The position numbers and the translations under genes were made by a program. The notes under the pieces were generated by a model that saw only the letters and a list, made by a program, of their open reading frames with translations, did no database searches and had not been told where the DNA came from. This document shows positions 1 to 6,973 of a stretch of 21,723 nt of DNA, piece by piece. Positions within the stretch are counted from its first letter, which is position 1, and every line of letters starts with the position of its first letter. The DNA is from a virus: the UHGV virus genome UHGV-1576676, one strand, 5' to 3'.

Positions 1-2
1 CC

Positions 3-140
3 GCTTCTCAACCCGGTACGCACCAGAAAATCATTGATATGGCCATGAATGGCGTTGGATGCCGGGCAACAGCCCGCATTATGGGCGTTGGCCTCAACAC
101 GATTTTACGTCACTTAAAAAACTCAGGCCGCAGTCGGTAA
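3..140 (+). CDS. insA: IS1 InsA, C-terminal 45 codons (5' end outside window)
   Basis: Frame 3 translates to [45 protein letters not shown] with stop at 138-140. Confidence 0.85.
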
Positions 141-562
141 CCTCGCGCATACAGCCGGGCAGTGACGTCATCGTCTGCGCGGAAATGGACGAACAGTGGG
201 GCTATGTCGGGGCTAAATCGCGCCAGCGCTGGCTGTTTTACGCGTATGACAGGCTCCGGAAGACGGTTGTTGCGCACGTATTCGGTGAACGCACTATGGC
301 GACGCTGGGGCGTCTTATGAGCCTGCTGTCACCCTTTGACGTGGTGATATGGATGACGGATGGCTGGCCGCTGTATGAATCCCGCCTGAAGGGAAAGCTG
401 CACGTAATCAGCAAGCGATATACGCAGCGAATTGAGCGGCATAACCTGAATCTGAGGCAGCACCTGGCACGGCTGGGACGGAAGTCGCTGTCGTTCTCAA
501 AATCGGTGGAGCTGCATGACAAAGTCATCGGGCATTATCTGAACATAAAACACTATCAATAA
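59..562 (+). CDS. insB: IS1 InsB reading frame (expressed as the InsAB' transposase by -1 frameshift at the A6C motif)
   Basis: 167-aa ORF in the track matches IS1 InsB as recalled (one D/S-type difference noted); A6C slippery site sits upstream at ~115-121. Confidence 0.9.
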
Positions 563-723
563 GTTGGAGTCATTACCCCATATGACGATAATATTTCGTT
601 ATATTCTTCAATAAGAGCTTTTCTTGTTTCCACTGAATTACAATCTACCTTCGAAAAGTCAACTTCATCAGCAAAAACATTAAATGTTAAAAAGGAAAGC
701 ACTAAAAACAAACGAATCAGCAT
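556..723 (-). CDS. Hypothetical short ORF with N-terminal signal-peptide-like segment; its 3' end runs into the IS1 terminal repeat, so it is probably an IS1-truncated gene
   Basis: AGGAG 7 nt upstream of the internal ATG ([18 protein letters not shown]...); last ~7 codons and the stop lie inside IS1 sequence (boundary at 577); AT-rich context. Confidence 0.25.
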   Translation of the reverse strand: MLIRLFLVLSFLTFNVFADEVDFSKVDCNSVETRKALIEEYNEILSSYGVMTPTY

Positions 724-972
724 AAATCCACTCCTACGCATGGATTAATAGTCATTGATCGCAAAGGCGTAAACTTGCCAAAGGTATTTCGTATAATCGG
801 TACAAATCTCCTTTACGCTTGATGCTGCATTAACAGTCCCAGCCATAAATAATAACGATAGTAATAGTTTTCTCATTATAACCTCACCTGCCTTATAACC
901 CATTTAGGGTACATATTTTCGCCTTTAAAAAAAAGAGGTTATTAGATCCAATTGTGTATTTATTAAGCAGAT

Positions 973-989
973 AATGCTCTAATAAATTT
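973..989 (+). promoter_or_regulatory. C1 repressor operator (Op51-like) overlapping the -35 of the immI promoter
   Basis: aatgctctaataaattt matches the P1 C1 operator consensus ATTGCTCTAATAAATTT at 16/17; its TGCTC sits 17 nt upstream of a weak -10-like taagtc; same motif recurs at 2643, 16538 and 20059. Confidence 0.6.
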
Positions 990-1179
990 GTATTTTTAAG
1001 TCACGAATGCTATCTTTTCGCATCATATTGACCTTTTAATCGTTCAGGCTTATAGTTCCGCCGTCGTAGCAAATTCTGCGACCGGGTTTAGCAGCCTGAA
1101 TGATTGTGCGGACAGCCGCAGATATCCGATATTGCGGTATTTTTGTGTCCGTAAAACCGCGTTACGCCCAAATTATGGT

Positions 1180-1260
1180 GGGGCGTGATGGGGAGGCTTC
1201 GGCCTGCTGGTTTCACAATCGCCAGTCTGCTAACCCCGTCACGTCCTGCCACCTGTTTAG
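1180..1260 (+). ncRNA. c4: c4 antisense repressor RNA region of immI (approximate boundaries)
   Basis: Lies between the operator and icd as in P1; tcacaatc (1213-1220) is complementary to gattgtga (1287-1294) overlapping the icd ribosome-binding site, and ttagcag near 1228 is echoed in the 1250-1275 target region. Exact ends not determinable by eye. Confidence 0.35.
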
Positions 1261-1303
1261 CAGCGGGTAGCAGGTTGTTAAACCTGATTGTGAGGCCGTA
1301 ACT

Positions 1304-1525
1304 ATGGTTAATGCCAATCCTTGCGCACGCCCAGAATTCATCTGGCGTTTCTATTCCTGTAAAAAACACCACTATCACTTCGTTATCGCAGCAACTGAAG
1401 ACGAAGCACGCTCTCAATTGCCTGATGGCCCCTGCATTTTTACTGCCCGTTTTTCAACTAACTCGCGCAATTCACTTAGTTACTGGAGCCTCCCCTTCTC
1501 TGCCGACGTTCAGGGGCGTTTATGA
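1304..1525 (+). CDS. icd: Icd-like small protein, translationally coupled to ant1 (ATGA overlap)
   Basis: 73-aa ORF with GAGG 9 nt upstream; stop overlaps the ant1 ATG at 1522; position between c4 and ant matches P1 immI. Confidence 0.5.
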   Translation: MVNANPCARPEFIWRFYSCKKHHYHFVIAATEDEARSQLPDGPCIFTARFSTNSRNSLSYWSLPFSADVQGRL

Positions 1526-2565
1526 AAAAACCTCTCGTCACCCGTAATGACATAGCCGAAGCGATCGCCCTGCATACTGCCTGTATACCGACACGGGAGA
1601 TCCCCGGCGCAATTGCCAACTATTTCATGATAACCAGGCGTTTTTATACCCGAACAGATAAGGCTGTGATCAACAGGCTACTGATAGCCGAGATCAGGGA
1701 TTATTTGATTGAACAAGGACGTCTACGTTACGCAACGGTGGCAGCAGAAATGAGAAAGGAGGCACATAGAATGACCAGTAATAATTTGAATGTTAAAAAA
1801 CCAGCACCTGTTGCTTCAGCAACGCCAGCACCAGCCGTGAATGTCATCCCCACCACCGGAGACACAATCGACAGCCTGACACTGTTAAAGATGGTCAATG
1901 AAGCGCGTAAGTTATGTGGGGAACCAGAGGTTCGGAACAACAAATTCATCGAAAAAATACTCGACGAATTAGAAGGTGAGGACGGTTACACAAAAAGTGC
2001 AACCGTGCCGCCAGGTGGCGGTACGCCTATGGTTGTCATAACCATGACCTACAAACAAGCCCTGCGAGTCGCCGCGCGCGAATCGAAAGCGGTCCGCCGT
2101 TCGCTGATCGACAAACTGGAAGAATTGCAGCAGGCAAACTCCCCTACCCCATCGATCCCCCAAACATTACCAGAAGCCCTACGCCTGGCTGCCGAGTTGG
2201 CAGAACAGAAATTGCAGCTGGAACAACAGCTGGTGGCCGCAGCCCCTAAAGTCGATTTTGCCGACCGGGTATCAGTGGCTAATGGAATCCTGATCGGGAA
2301 CTTTGCAAAGGTCGTTGGACTTAAGCAAAACGCCCTTTTCTCATGGTTGCGCCAGAACGGCATTCTCATGGCTTTTGGTGCGCGCAAAAACGTACCGCGC
2401 CAGCAGTACATTAACGCCGGGTATTTCACGGTGAAAGAAGTGGTGCTGGATGATGAAAATGGCTACCAGATACGGCTGACGCCCCAATTAACGGGTAAAG
2501 GCCAGCAGTGGTTAACTCGCAAGCTACTTGATGCTGGTTTGTTAAAACCAGTAGCAATAGGTTAA
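1522..2565 (+). CDS. ant1: Antirepressor Ant1 (full length)
   Basis: 347-aa ORF; its C-terminal ~130 aa is paralogous to the KilA C-terminus in this window (antirepressor C-terminal domain); synteny c4-icd-ant-kilA-repL. Confidence 0.85.
   Translation: MKKPLVTRNDIAEAIALHTACIPTREIPGAIANYFMITRRFYTRTDKAVINRLLIAEIRDYLIEQGRLRYATVAAEMRKEAHRMTSNNLNVKKPAPVASATPAPAVNVIPTTGDTIDSLTLLKMVNEARKLCGEPEVRNNKFIEKILDELEGEDGYTKSATVPPGGGTPMVVITMTYKQALRVAARESKAVRRSLIDKLEELQQANSPTPSIPQTLPEALRLAAELAEQKLQLEQQLVAAAPKVDFADRVSVANGILIGNFAKVVGLKQNALFSWLRQNGILMAFGARKNVPRQQYINAGYFTVKEVVLDDENGYQIRLTPQLTGKGQQWLTRKLLDAGLLKPVAIG
1771..2565 (+). CDS. ant2: Antirepressor Ant2, in-frame internal start within ant1
   Basis: Internal ATG at 1771 (Met84) preceded by a strong AAGGAGG at 1756-1762; P1 is known to make Ant1 and Ant2 from nested in-frame starts. 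Confidence 0.6.
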   Translation: MTSNNLNVKKPAPVASATPAPAVNVIPTTGDTIDSLTLLKMVNEARKLCGEPEVRNNKFIEKILDELEGEDGYTKSATVPPGGGTPMVVITMTYKQALRVAARESKAVRRSLIDKLEELQQANSPTPSIPQTLPEALRLAAELAEQKLQLEQQLVAAAPKVDFADRVSVANGILIGNFAKVVGLKQNALFSWLRQNGILMAFGARKNVPRQQYINAGYFTVKEVVLDDENGYQIRLTPQLTGKGQQWLTRKLLDAGLLKPVAIG

Positions 2566-2577
2566 CAAAAGAAAAAA

Positions 2578-2603
2578 CCTGCCAGCAAACTGGCAGGTTT
2601 CTG
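2578..2603 (+). terminator. Rho-independent terminator after ant
   Basis: cctgccag-caaa-ctggcagg hairpin followed by tttctg, just after the ant stop. Confidence 0.55.
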
Positions 2604-2642
2604 AGCAGATCGACCAACCCGATCTGGATCGAGTCAGAAAAA

Positions 2643-2659
2643 TTTGCTCTAATAAATTT
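2643..2659 (+). promoter_or_regulatory. C1 operator (Op53-like) overlapping the kilA-repL promoter
   Basis: tttgctctaataaattt is 16/17 to the operator consensus; TTGCTC as -35, 17-nt spacer, taagtg as -10-like; followed by the inverted repeat aatcacca...tggtgatt at 2677-2701. Confidence 0.65.
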
Positions 2660-2728
2660 CGTTTTCTAAGTGCAAAGAATCACCATTTCGAGCTGGTGAT
2701 TGAAGGTTGATGCAAATTTGGAGAAAAA

Positions 2729-3529
2729 ATGCAACAAACATTCAATGCGGATATGAATATATCAAACCTTCATCAAAATGTCGATCCTTCAACCACTCTG
2801 CCTGTTATTTGTGGTGTTGAAATTACGACCGACCGCGCTGGCCGTTACAACCTTAATGCTCTACACAGAGCGAGCGGACTCGGTGCCCATAAAGCGCCAG
2901 CTCAATGGCTAAGAACGCTGTCAGCCAAACAGCTCATCGAAGAGCTTGAAAAAGAAACTATGCAGAATTGCATAGTTTCGTTCGAAGGCCGTGGCGGCGG
3001 CACTTTTGCCCATGAATTGCTCGCTGTGGAGTACGCAGGCTGGATTTCTCCCGCGTTTCGGCTGAAGGTAAACCAGACATTTATCGACTATCGAGCCGGA
3101 AGATTACAACCTGCTATTCCGCAGAGTCTCCCTGAAGCTCTCCGTTTGGCTGCCGACCTGGCAGAGCAAAAGCAACGGCTGGAGCAAAAAATGCTTATGG
3201 ATGCACCTAAAGTCGAATTCGCCGAACGCGTTGCTACCGCCAGCGGGGTTCTAATCGGCAACTATGCCAAAGTGCTCGGTCTGGGCCAAAACTATCTCTT
3301 CACCTGGTTGCGTGATAACGGAATTCTGATCGCAACCGGTGAACGCAGGAACGTCCCCAAACAAGAATACATATCCCGTGGGTATTTCACCCTTAAAGAA
3401 ACCGTGATCGATACAAGCAATGGAAGCAGGATTTCTTTCACGACTCGTATAACCGGCAAAGGTCAGCAGTGGCTGATGAAGCGATTGCTTGATGCTGGTG
3501 TGCTGGTACCTGTCGCGGCAACGCGCTAA
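2729..3529 (+). CDS. kilA: KilA (KilA-N domain protein with antirepressor-type C-terminal domain)
   Basis: 266 aa, the length recalled for P1 KilA; GGAGA RBS; C-terminal half aligns to the Ant C-terminus (PQSLPEALRLAADLAEQ...GKGQQWL...LLDAG). Confidence 0.85.
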   Translation: MQQTFNADMNISNLHQNVDPSTTLPVICGVEITTDRAGRYNLNALHRASGLGAHKAPAQWLRTLSAKQLIEELEKETMQNCIVSFEGRGGGTFAHELLAVEYAGWISPAFRLKVNQTFIDYRAGRLQPAIPQSLPEALRLAADLAEQKQRLEQKMLMDAPKVEFAERVATASGVLIGNYAKVLGLGQNYLFTWLRDNGILIATGERRNVPKQEYISRGYFTLKETVIDTSNGSRISFTTRITGKGQQWLMKRLLDAGVLVPVAATR

Positions 3530-3558
3530 CAGACGTAGTAAGAACCACCAGCATTGTA

Positions 3559-4404
3559 ATGCTGGCTAAAGTCACTTTCCTGAGCTGTATAACGATGAGC
3601 GATTTTACTTTTTCTGGCTATGAATTGGCCTGCTTTGTAACACACTCCGGTCTATCCCGTAGCGCCGGGCATATCCTGTCGCAATGTGCAAATCTAGCGG
3701 CAACAACCAGTGAATACTTCATTCACAAGCCTCACCGCCTGATCGCGGCAGAAACTGGTTATAGCCAATCAACCGTCGTTCGTGCATTCCGTGAAGCTGT
3801 AAACAAAGGAATCCTGTCTGTAGAGATTGTTATCGGCGATCACCGTGAACGTCGCGCTAACCTGTACCGGTTTACACCATCCTTTTTGGCCTTCGCACAA
3901 CAAGCCAAAAATGCGCTGATTGAAAGCAAATTAAAGATCTCTTCAGCGGCAACCAAGGTTAAAGCTGTTCTCGCTAAGACATTGGCTTTATTTAATTTTT
4001 TATCCACACCCCCATGTCAAAATGATACCCCCTCCCCCTGTCAGGATGACGTGGCAATAAAGAATAAGAAGTCACAAGTTAAAAAAACAAAAAGATCAGT
4101 TTCCGGCGGTGCCGGAACGAGCAGACTCAAAAAATTGACTTCATGGATCGCTGAGGCAAAAGCAAAGGCTGACAATCTGCGGTTATCCAAAAAACGCGCT
4201 CAAAAACATGAGTTCAAGCAGAAAGTAGAGGCGGCAGCGCGGAAATATGCTTACCTGAAGAACAAGCGTTCTCCTGATATTGGCGGGGTATCAAACTTCG
4301 ATAATCTGCCGCATTGCATGATGGTAAACGAAGCTCTTAATGCGGTTTTAGCCAAAAATAAAGATAACGAACAATGGGGTATACCGGCGGGATTCAGAGG
4401 GTGA
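3559..4404 (+). CDS. repL: RepL lytic replication initiator (oriL expected inside the gene)
   Basis: 281 aa, the length recalled for P1 RepL, directly downstream of kilA; start is uncertain (no clear SD at 3559; alternative Met13 at 3595). Confidence 0.75.
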   Translation: MLAKVTFLSCITMSDFTFSGYELACFVTHSGLSRSAGHILSQCANLAATTSEYFIHKPHRLIAAETGYSQSTVVRAFREAVNKGILSVEIVIGDHRERRANLYRFTPSFLAFAQQAKNALIESKLKISSAATKVKAVLAKTLALFNFLSTPPCQNDTPSPCQDDVAIKNKKSQVKKTKRSVSGGAGTSRLKKLTSWIAEAKAKADNLRLSKKRAQKHEFKQKVEAAARKYAYLKNKRSPDIGGVSNFDNLPHCMMVNEALNAVLAKNKDNEQWGIPAGFRG

Positions 4405-4617
4405 TAGATTGCTCTAATCTGGAGTCACCTGGCGTTTTCAGTATGGATTTTCTTTGGCGCGGTCTGGCCATTAGGGATCATGTTTGCTGCAACATTTCTT
4501 CTGATGTGGATATTCACCCTTCCCGGTGATTTCTATAGAAAAAAAGCCAGACATTGATACAATCATTGCGGGTGCTTGAGGCTATCTGCTTCAGGCATTA
4601 CCCGAAAAGCAGATAGA

Positions 4618-4688
4618 AGAAAGCCCCAGATAACATTACGCGTCCTGCAAGACGCTTAACATTAATCTGAGGCAATATCTATGCTTAG
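4618..4688 (-). ncRNA. sok: Sok-like antisense RNA (approximate)
   Basis: Minus-strand promoter: -35 TTGACC (complement of 4720-4725), 18-nt spacer, -10 TAATCT (complement of 4696-4701), firing antisense across the mok start and hok leader as in R1 hok/sok. Confidence 0.45.
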
Positions 4689-4887
4689 CATACGTAGATT
4701 AGCCTCTTACCGACCAAAAGGTCAAGGAGAAGCAGGCTATGAAGCAGCAAAAAGCGATATTAATCGCTCTGATCGTCATCTGTTTAACCGTCATTGTGAC
4801 GGCACTGGTAACGAGGAAAGACCTCTGCGAGGTACGAATCCGAACCGGCCAGACGGAGGTCACTGTCTTCACAGCCTACGAATCTGA
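4681..4887 (+). CDS. mok: Mok-like overlapping reading frame (modulator of killing)
   Basis: 68-aa ORF starting 58 nt upstream of hok and covering it in another frame, as mok does in hok/sok loci. Confidence 0.5.
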   Translation: MLSIRRLASYRPKGQGEAGYEAAKSDINRSDRHLFNRHCDGTGNEERPLRGTNPNRPDGGHCLHSLRI

Positions 4888-4894
4888 AAGGTAA
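4739..4894 (+). CDS. hok: Hok/Gef family membrane toxin (type I toxin-antitoxin)
   Basis: Own translation: MKQQKAILIALIVICLTVIVTALVTRKDLCEVRIRTGQTEVTVFTAYESER (51 aa), collinear with R1 Hok (…[28 protein letters not shown]); the leader from ~4570 (gcttgaggct…) resembles the R1 hok mRNA 5' end. Confidence 0.9.
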   Translation: MKQQKAILIALIVICLTVIVTALVTRKDLCEVRIRTGQTEVTVFTAYESER

Positions 4895-4965
4895 GAGACC
4901 TGGCGGGGAGAGATCCTCGCCACTCTTCGTGTGTCAGGTATCCTCAATGCACCCTTTCCTCTCCA

Positions 4966-4996
4966 AATAAAAAAGCTCCCGAAGGAGCTTTAAAAT
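4966..4996. terminator. Bidirectional rho-independent terminator between hok (+) and the late genes (-)
   Basis: agctcc-cgaa-ggagct hairpin flanked by aaataaaaa on the 5' side and ttaaaa on the 3' side. Confidence 0.55.
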
Positions 4997-5010
4997 ACAA
5001 GGGATGACTC

Positions 5011-5520
5011 TTAATCCCACTCAATCCAGTTGTAGACGATACGAAGTGACGGGCGCACAGCGGCAGTCACATCTTCGGTACTAAAGTCGATTGCATCACT
5101 GTAGATTTTGCAGTCCAACATTTCAATTGTTGTAGCAGCTTTTGTCACAGCGTTAACCCCGGAAGATTTGGATTCAGGGGTAGCAGCCATCGTGATATCA
5201 ACATAGTCCTTCGCCGCAATGCGATCTTTAATGAACTGAAGAATATCGCCTTCGATAGTCTCCACGCACTGGACCTGGATTTCCCCAGAGTTTCGAATTG
5301 GACCGTGCTGGTTGAACTTCACACCATTCGGACCATAGTCCTCCACATCCTCGCGGGTCATTTCAGGAATTTGCGACGTGCGAACCAGTACGCTGATATC
5401 TTCATGGCCTGCAAAAGTGAGCTGGAATTCAGAAGATACCAGTCGTTCGCCTTTGGCCGCGTTGGCAGTATAGCGGCCCTTAATAAATTTACGGTTTCCC
5501 TTAGTGTTATTGTGCCCCAT
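5011..5520 (-). CDS. Phage late/morphogenesis protein, 169 aa (tail-associated; function not assignable from sequence)
   Basis: AAAGGA RBS; compact same-strand array downstream of the sheath/head genes; C-terminus ...IVYNWIEWD loosely recalls tail-tube protein endings, but in P1 the tube gene is recalled to lie elsewhere. Confidence 0.6.
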   Translation of the reverse strand: MGHNNTKGNRKFIKGRYTANAAKGERLVSSEFQLTFAGHEDISVLVRTSQIPEMTREDVEDYGPNGVKFNQHGPIRNSGEIQVQCVETIEGDILQFIKDRIAAKDYVDITMAATPESKSSGVNAVTKAATTIEMLDCKIYSDAIDFSTEDVTAAVRPSLRIVYNWIEWD

Positions 5521-5531
5521 ATAAAATCCTT

Positions 5532-6113
5532 TTACTGGAACGCCCGAACAATATCGGAGCTGTTATATATCGAAGAACCGGTCAACTGGAGGTTGACGGT
5601 GTTTTTCAGGAAATGTCCATTGCTGTCCCTGGGCGCATCGAGATCGAAACTTATGTCCTGGATAGCGACATCAATGATGTTGATCCGGCGACCAATGTTT
5701 AGCGTCACACGCTCCGGGATTCGACCACCAATACTGGCATCTTTAAGTTCCGGGCTAATCATCGCTGACAATGCGGCGATAGCTCCTGAAACCTCCGTGA
5801 ATGGGTCAAACAAAGCGATGAAAGTTACTGGCAGCGTGAAAGTCGGCGGTGTTCCCCCTTCCCAAACCATTAAGCTGTTCCAACGGGCAACCGACGTTGT
5901 TTCAGTACCAACCTGCGCAAAACCACTGAAGGCACCAGCAACAGATCCCATGGACATACCGGTAAACGGCGCTTCCCAATTCTGGGCCATGTTCATTGCC
6001 GCTCCCTGGCTGATATATCCGGTAACCTGGTACTGAGAGTTCGTTAAAGTAACTTTCAGATATGGCGATACACCGTCAGCCTGGCTGTAAACCCCATAAG
6101 GAATAGGTGCCAT
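5532..6113 (-). CDS. Phage late/morphogenesis protein, 193 aa (putative tail or baseplate component)
   Basis: Long ORF tightly packed in the late operon, 12-nt gap to the next gene; no recognisable enzymatic motif. Confidence 0.6.
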   Translation of the reverse strand: MAPIPYGVYSQADGVSPYLKVTLTNSQYQVTGYISQGAAMNMAQNWEAPFTGMSMGSVAGAFSGFAQVGTETTSVARWNSLMVWEGGTPPTFTLPVTFIALFDPFTEVSGAIAALSAMISPELKDASIGGRIPERVTLNIGRRINIIDVAIQDISFDLDAPRDSNGHFLKNTVNLQLTGSSIYNSSDIVRAFQ

Positions 6114-6148
6114 TCAAGTTAAAGGCCGGAGTTCTCCGGCCTCCTCCT

Positions 6149-6964
6149 TTAGCCAAGGCGCTTACGGCGCAGTTTCATTGACTTTTTGCGGGCAAGTTTT
6201 GCCGCGCCGGTCTGGGCTTTTCGACGCGCTTTTTTCAGCGCCGATTTTTGAGCCGCAGTCAGACGTTTTTTACGCAGGCGTTTACGGATGAGTTTGATCT
6301 CACCGTTACGAACAACCTTCTTAAATGCTTCAGTCAGCATTTCATCAGAAGTGCCAGCAACAACAAACGCCGCTTCCAGTTCGTCGCGGTCGTCGCTATC
6401 TAAACCAGCGATAGAGGCACCAACATCAGCAGCTGCGTCGTCGTCTTCATCGTCAGCCAGTGCTTCGATCAGGTCATCATCTACACCGCATGCTGCGAGG
6501 AAGTCAGCAACATTTGCCCATGCTTCGTTATAGGCATCGTCCTGTTCTTCTGTAACTTCGGAGTCGTCGTCATCAGAGATACCAGCGATAGCCTGAACGA
6601 AACCATCAAGGGAGTCGAAAGTCAGATCACCGCTATCAGCCCAGGCGAAAACGGCGTCGGCCGCATCACTCAACGCATTTTGCATAGCACTTCGATTTGC
6701 AGCTTCCAGAATCATCTGGTGCGCCTGTTCGACGGTCCATTCTTTACCGTCTTTCCCTTCCAGGATTTGCTCAGGAGCCTGGGCAGATGGAACGTTATCG
6801 TTAGTCTGTGCCGCCGGTTCCGGATTATTATTAATAACCGGATCTGTTGGCGGTTCAGCGCTTGCTCGGGCAGACTCCATCAGCTGCACAGGATCAGAGT
6901 TCAAAGCGAAACGAGACAGTCCATTCCCCAAAAATGCCCCGGATTGAAAAAAGTTTTTGCTCAT
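6149..6964 (-). CDS. Phage late protein, 271 aa, highly acidic core with strongly basic Lys/Arg-rich C-terminal tail
   Basis: Immediately downstream of the sheath gene (10-nt gap); DDDDSEVTEEQDD and DDEDDD acidic runs, then ...IRKRLRKKRLTAAQKSALKKARRKAQTGAAKLARKKSMKLRRKRLG. Confidence 0.65.
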   Translation of the reverse strand: MSKNFFQSGAFLGNGLSRFALNSDPVQLMESARASAEPPTDPVINNNPEPAAQTNDNVPSAQAPEQILEGKDGKEWTVEQAHQMILEAANRSAMQNALSDAADAVFAWADSGDLTFDSLDGFVQAIAGISDDDDSEVTEEQDDAYNEAWANVADFLAACGVDDDLIEALADDEDDDAAADVGASIAGLDSDDRDELEAAFVVAGTSDEMLTEAFKKVVRNGEIKLIRKRLRKKRLTAAQKSALKKARRKAQTGAAKLARKKSMKLRRKRLG

Positions 6965-6973
6965 TGTATTCCC

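Larger units (their letters stand above)
1..577 (+). mobile_element. IS1: IS1 insertion sequence, right-hand ~577 bp (left end lies outside the window); right inverted repeat ends ...aagttggagtcattacc at 577
   Basis: Sequence matches IS1 as recalled: InsA C-terminus ...[38 protein letters not shown], the A6C frameshift motif (ttaaaaaactc, ~113-122), the insB frame, and the terminal IR at 551-577. Confidence 0.93.

Noticed and set aside
238-528. 96-aa ORF on the minus strand inside IS1
   Set aside because: Antisense shadow of insB within a well-known insertion sequence; no independent support.
1088-1547. ORFs 1088-1417 (-) and 1311-1547 (+) across the c4/icd region
   Set aside because: Overlap the c4 RNA region and the better-supported icd frame (RBS, ATGA coupling to ant); no RBS of their own.
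1728-2617. Several minus-strand ORFs (1728-1949, 1969-2163, 2049-2429, 2426-2617) inside ant
   Set aside because: Antisense to a strongly supported gene; typical shadow ORFs.
4409-4425. Partial C1 operator-like sequence (attgctctaatctggag) just after the repL stop
   Set aside because: Matches only the first 11 of 17 consensus positions; recorded as possibly degenerate, not called as a site.
5305-6036. 243-aa plus-strand ORF overlapping two minus-strand late genes
   Set aside because: Spans the intergenic junction of two well-packed minus-strand genes and has no RBS; more likely an antisense artefact.
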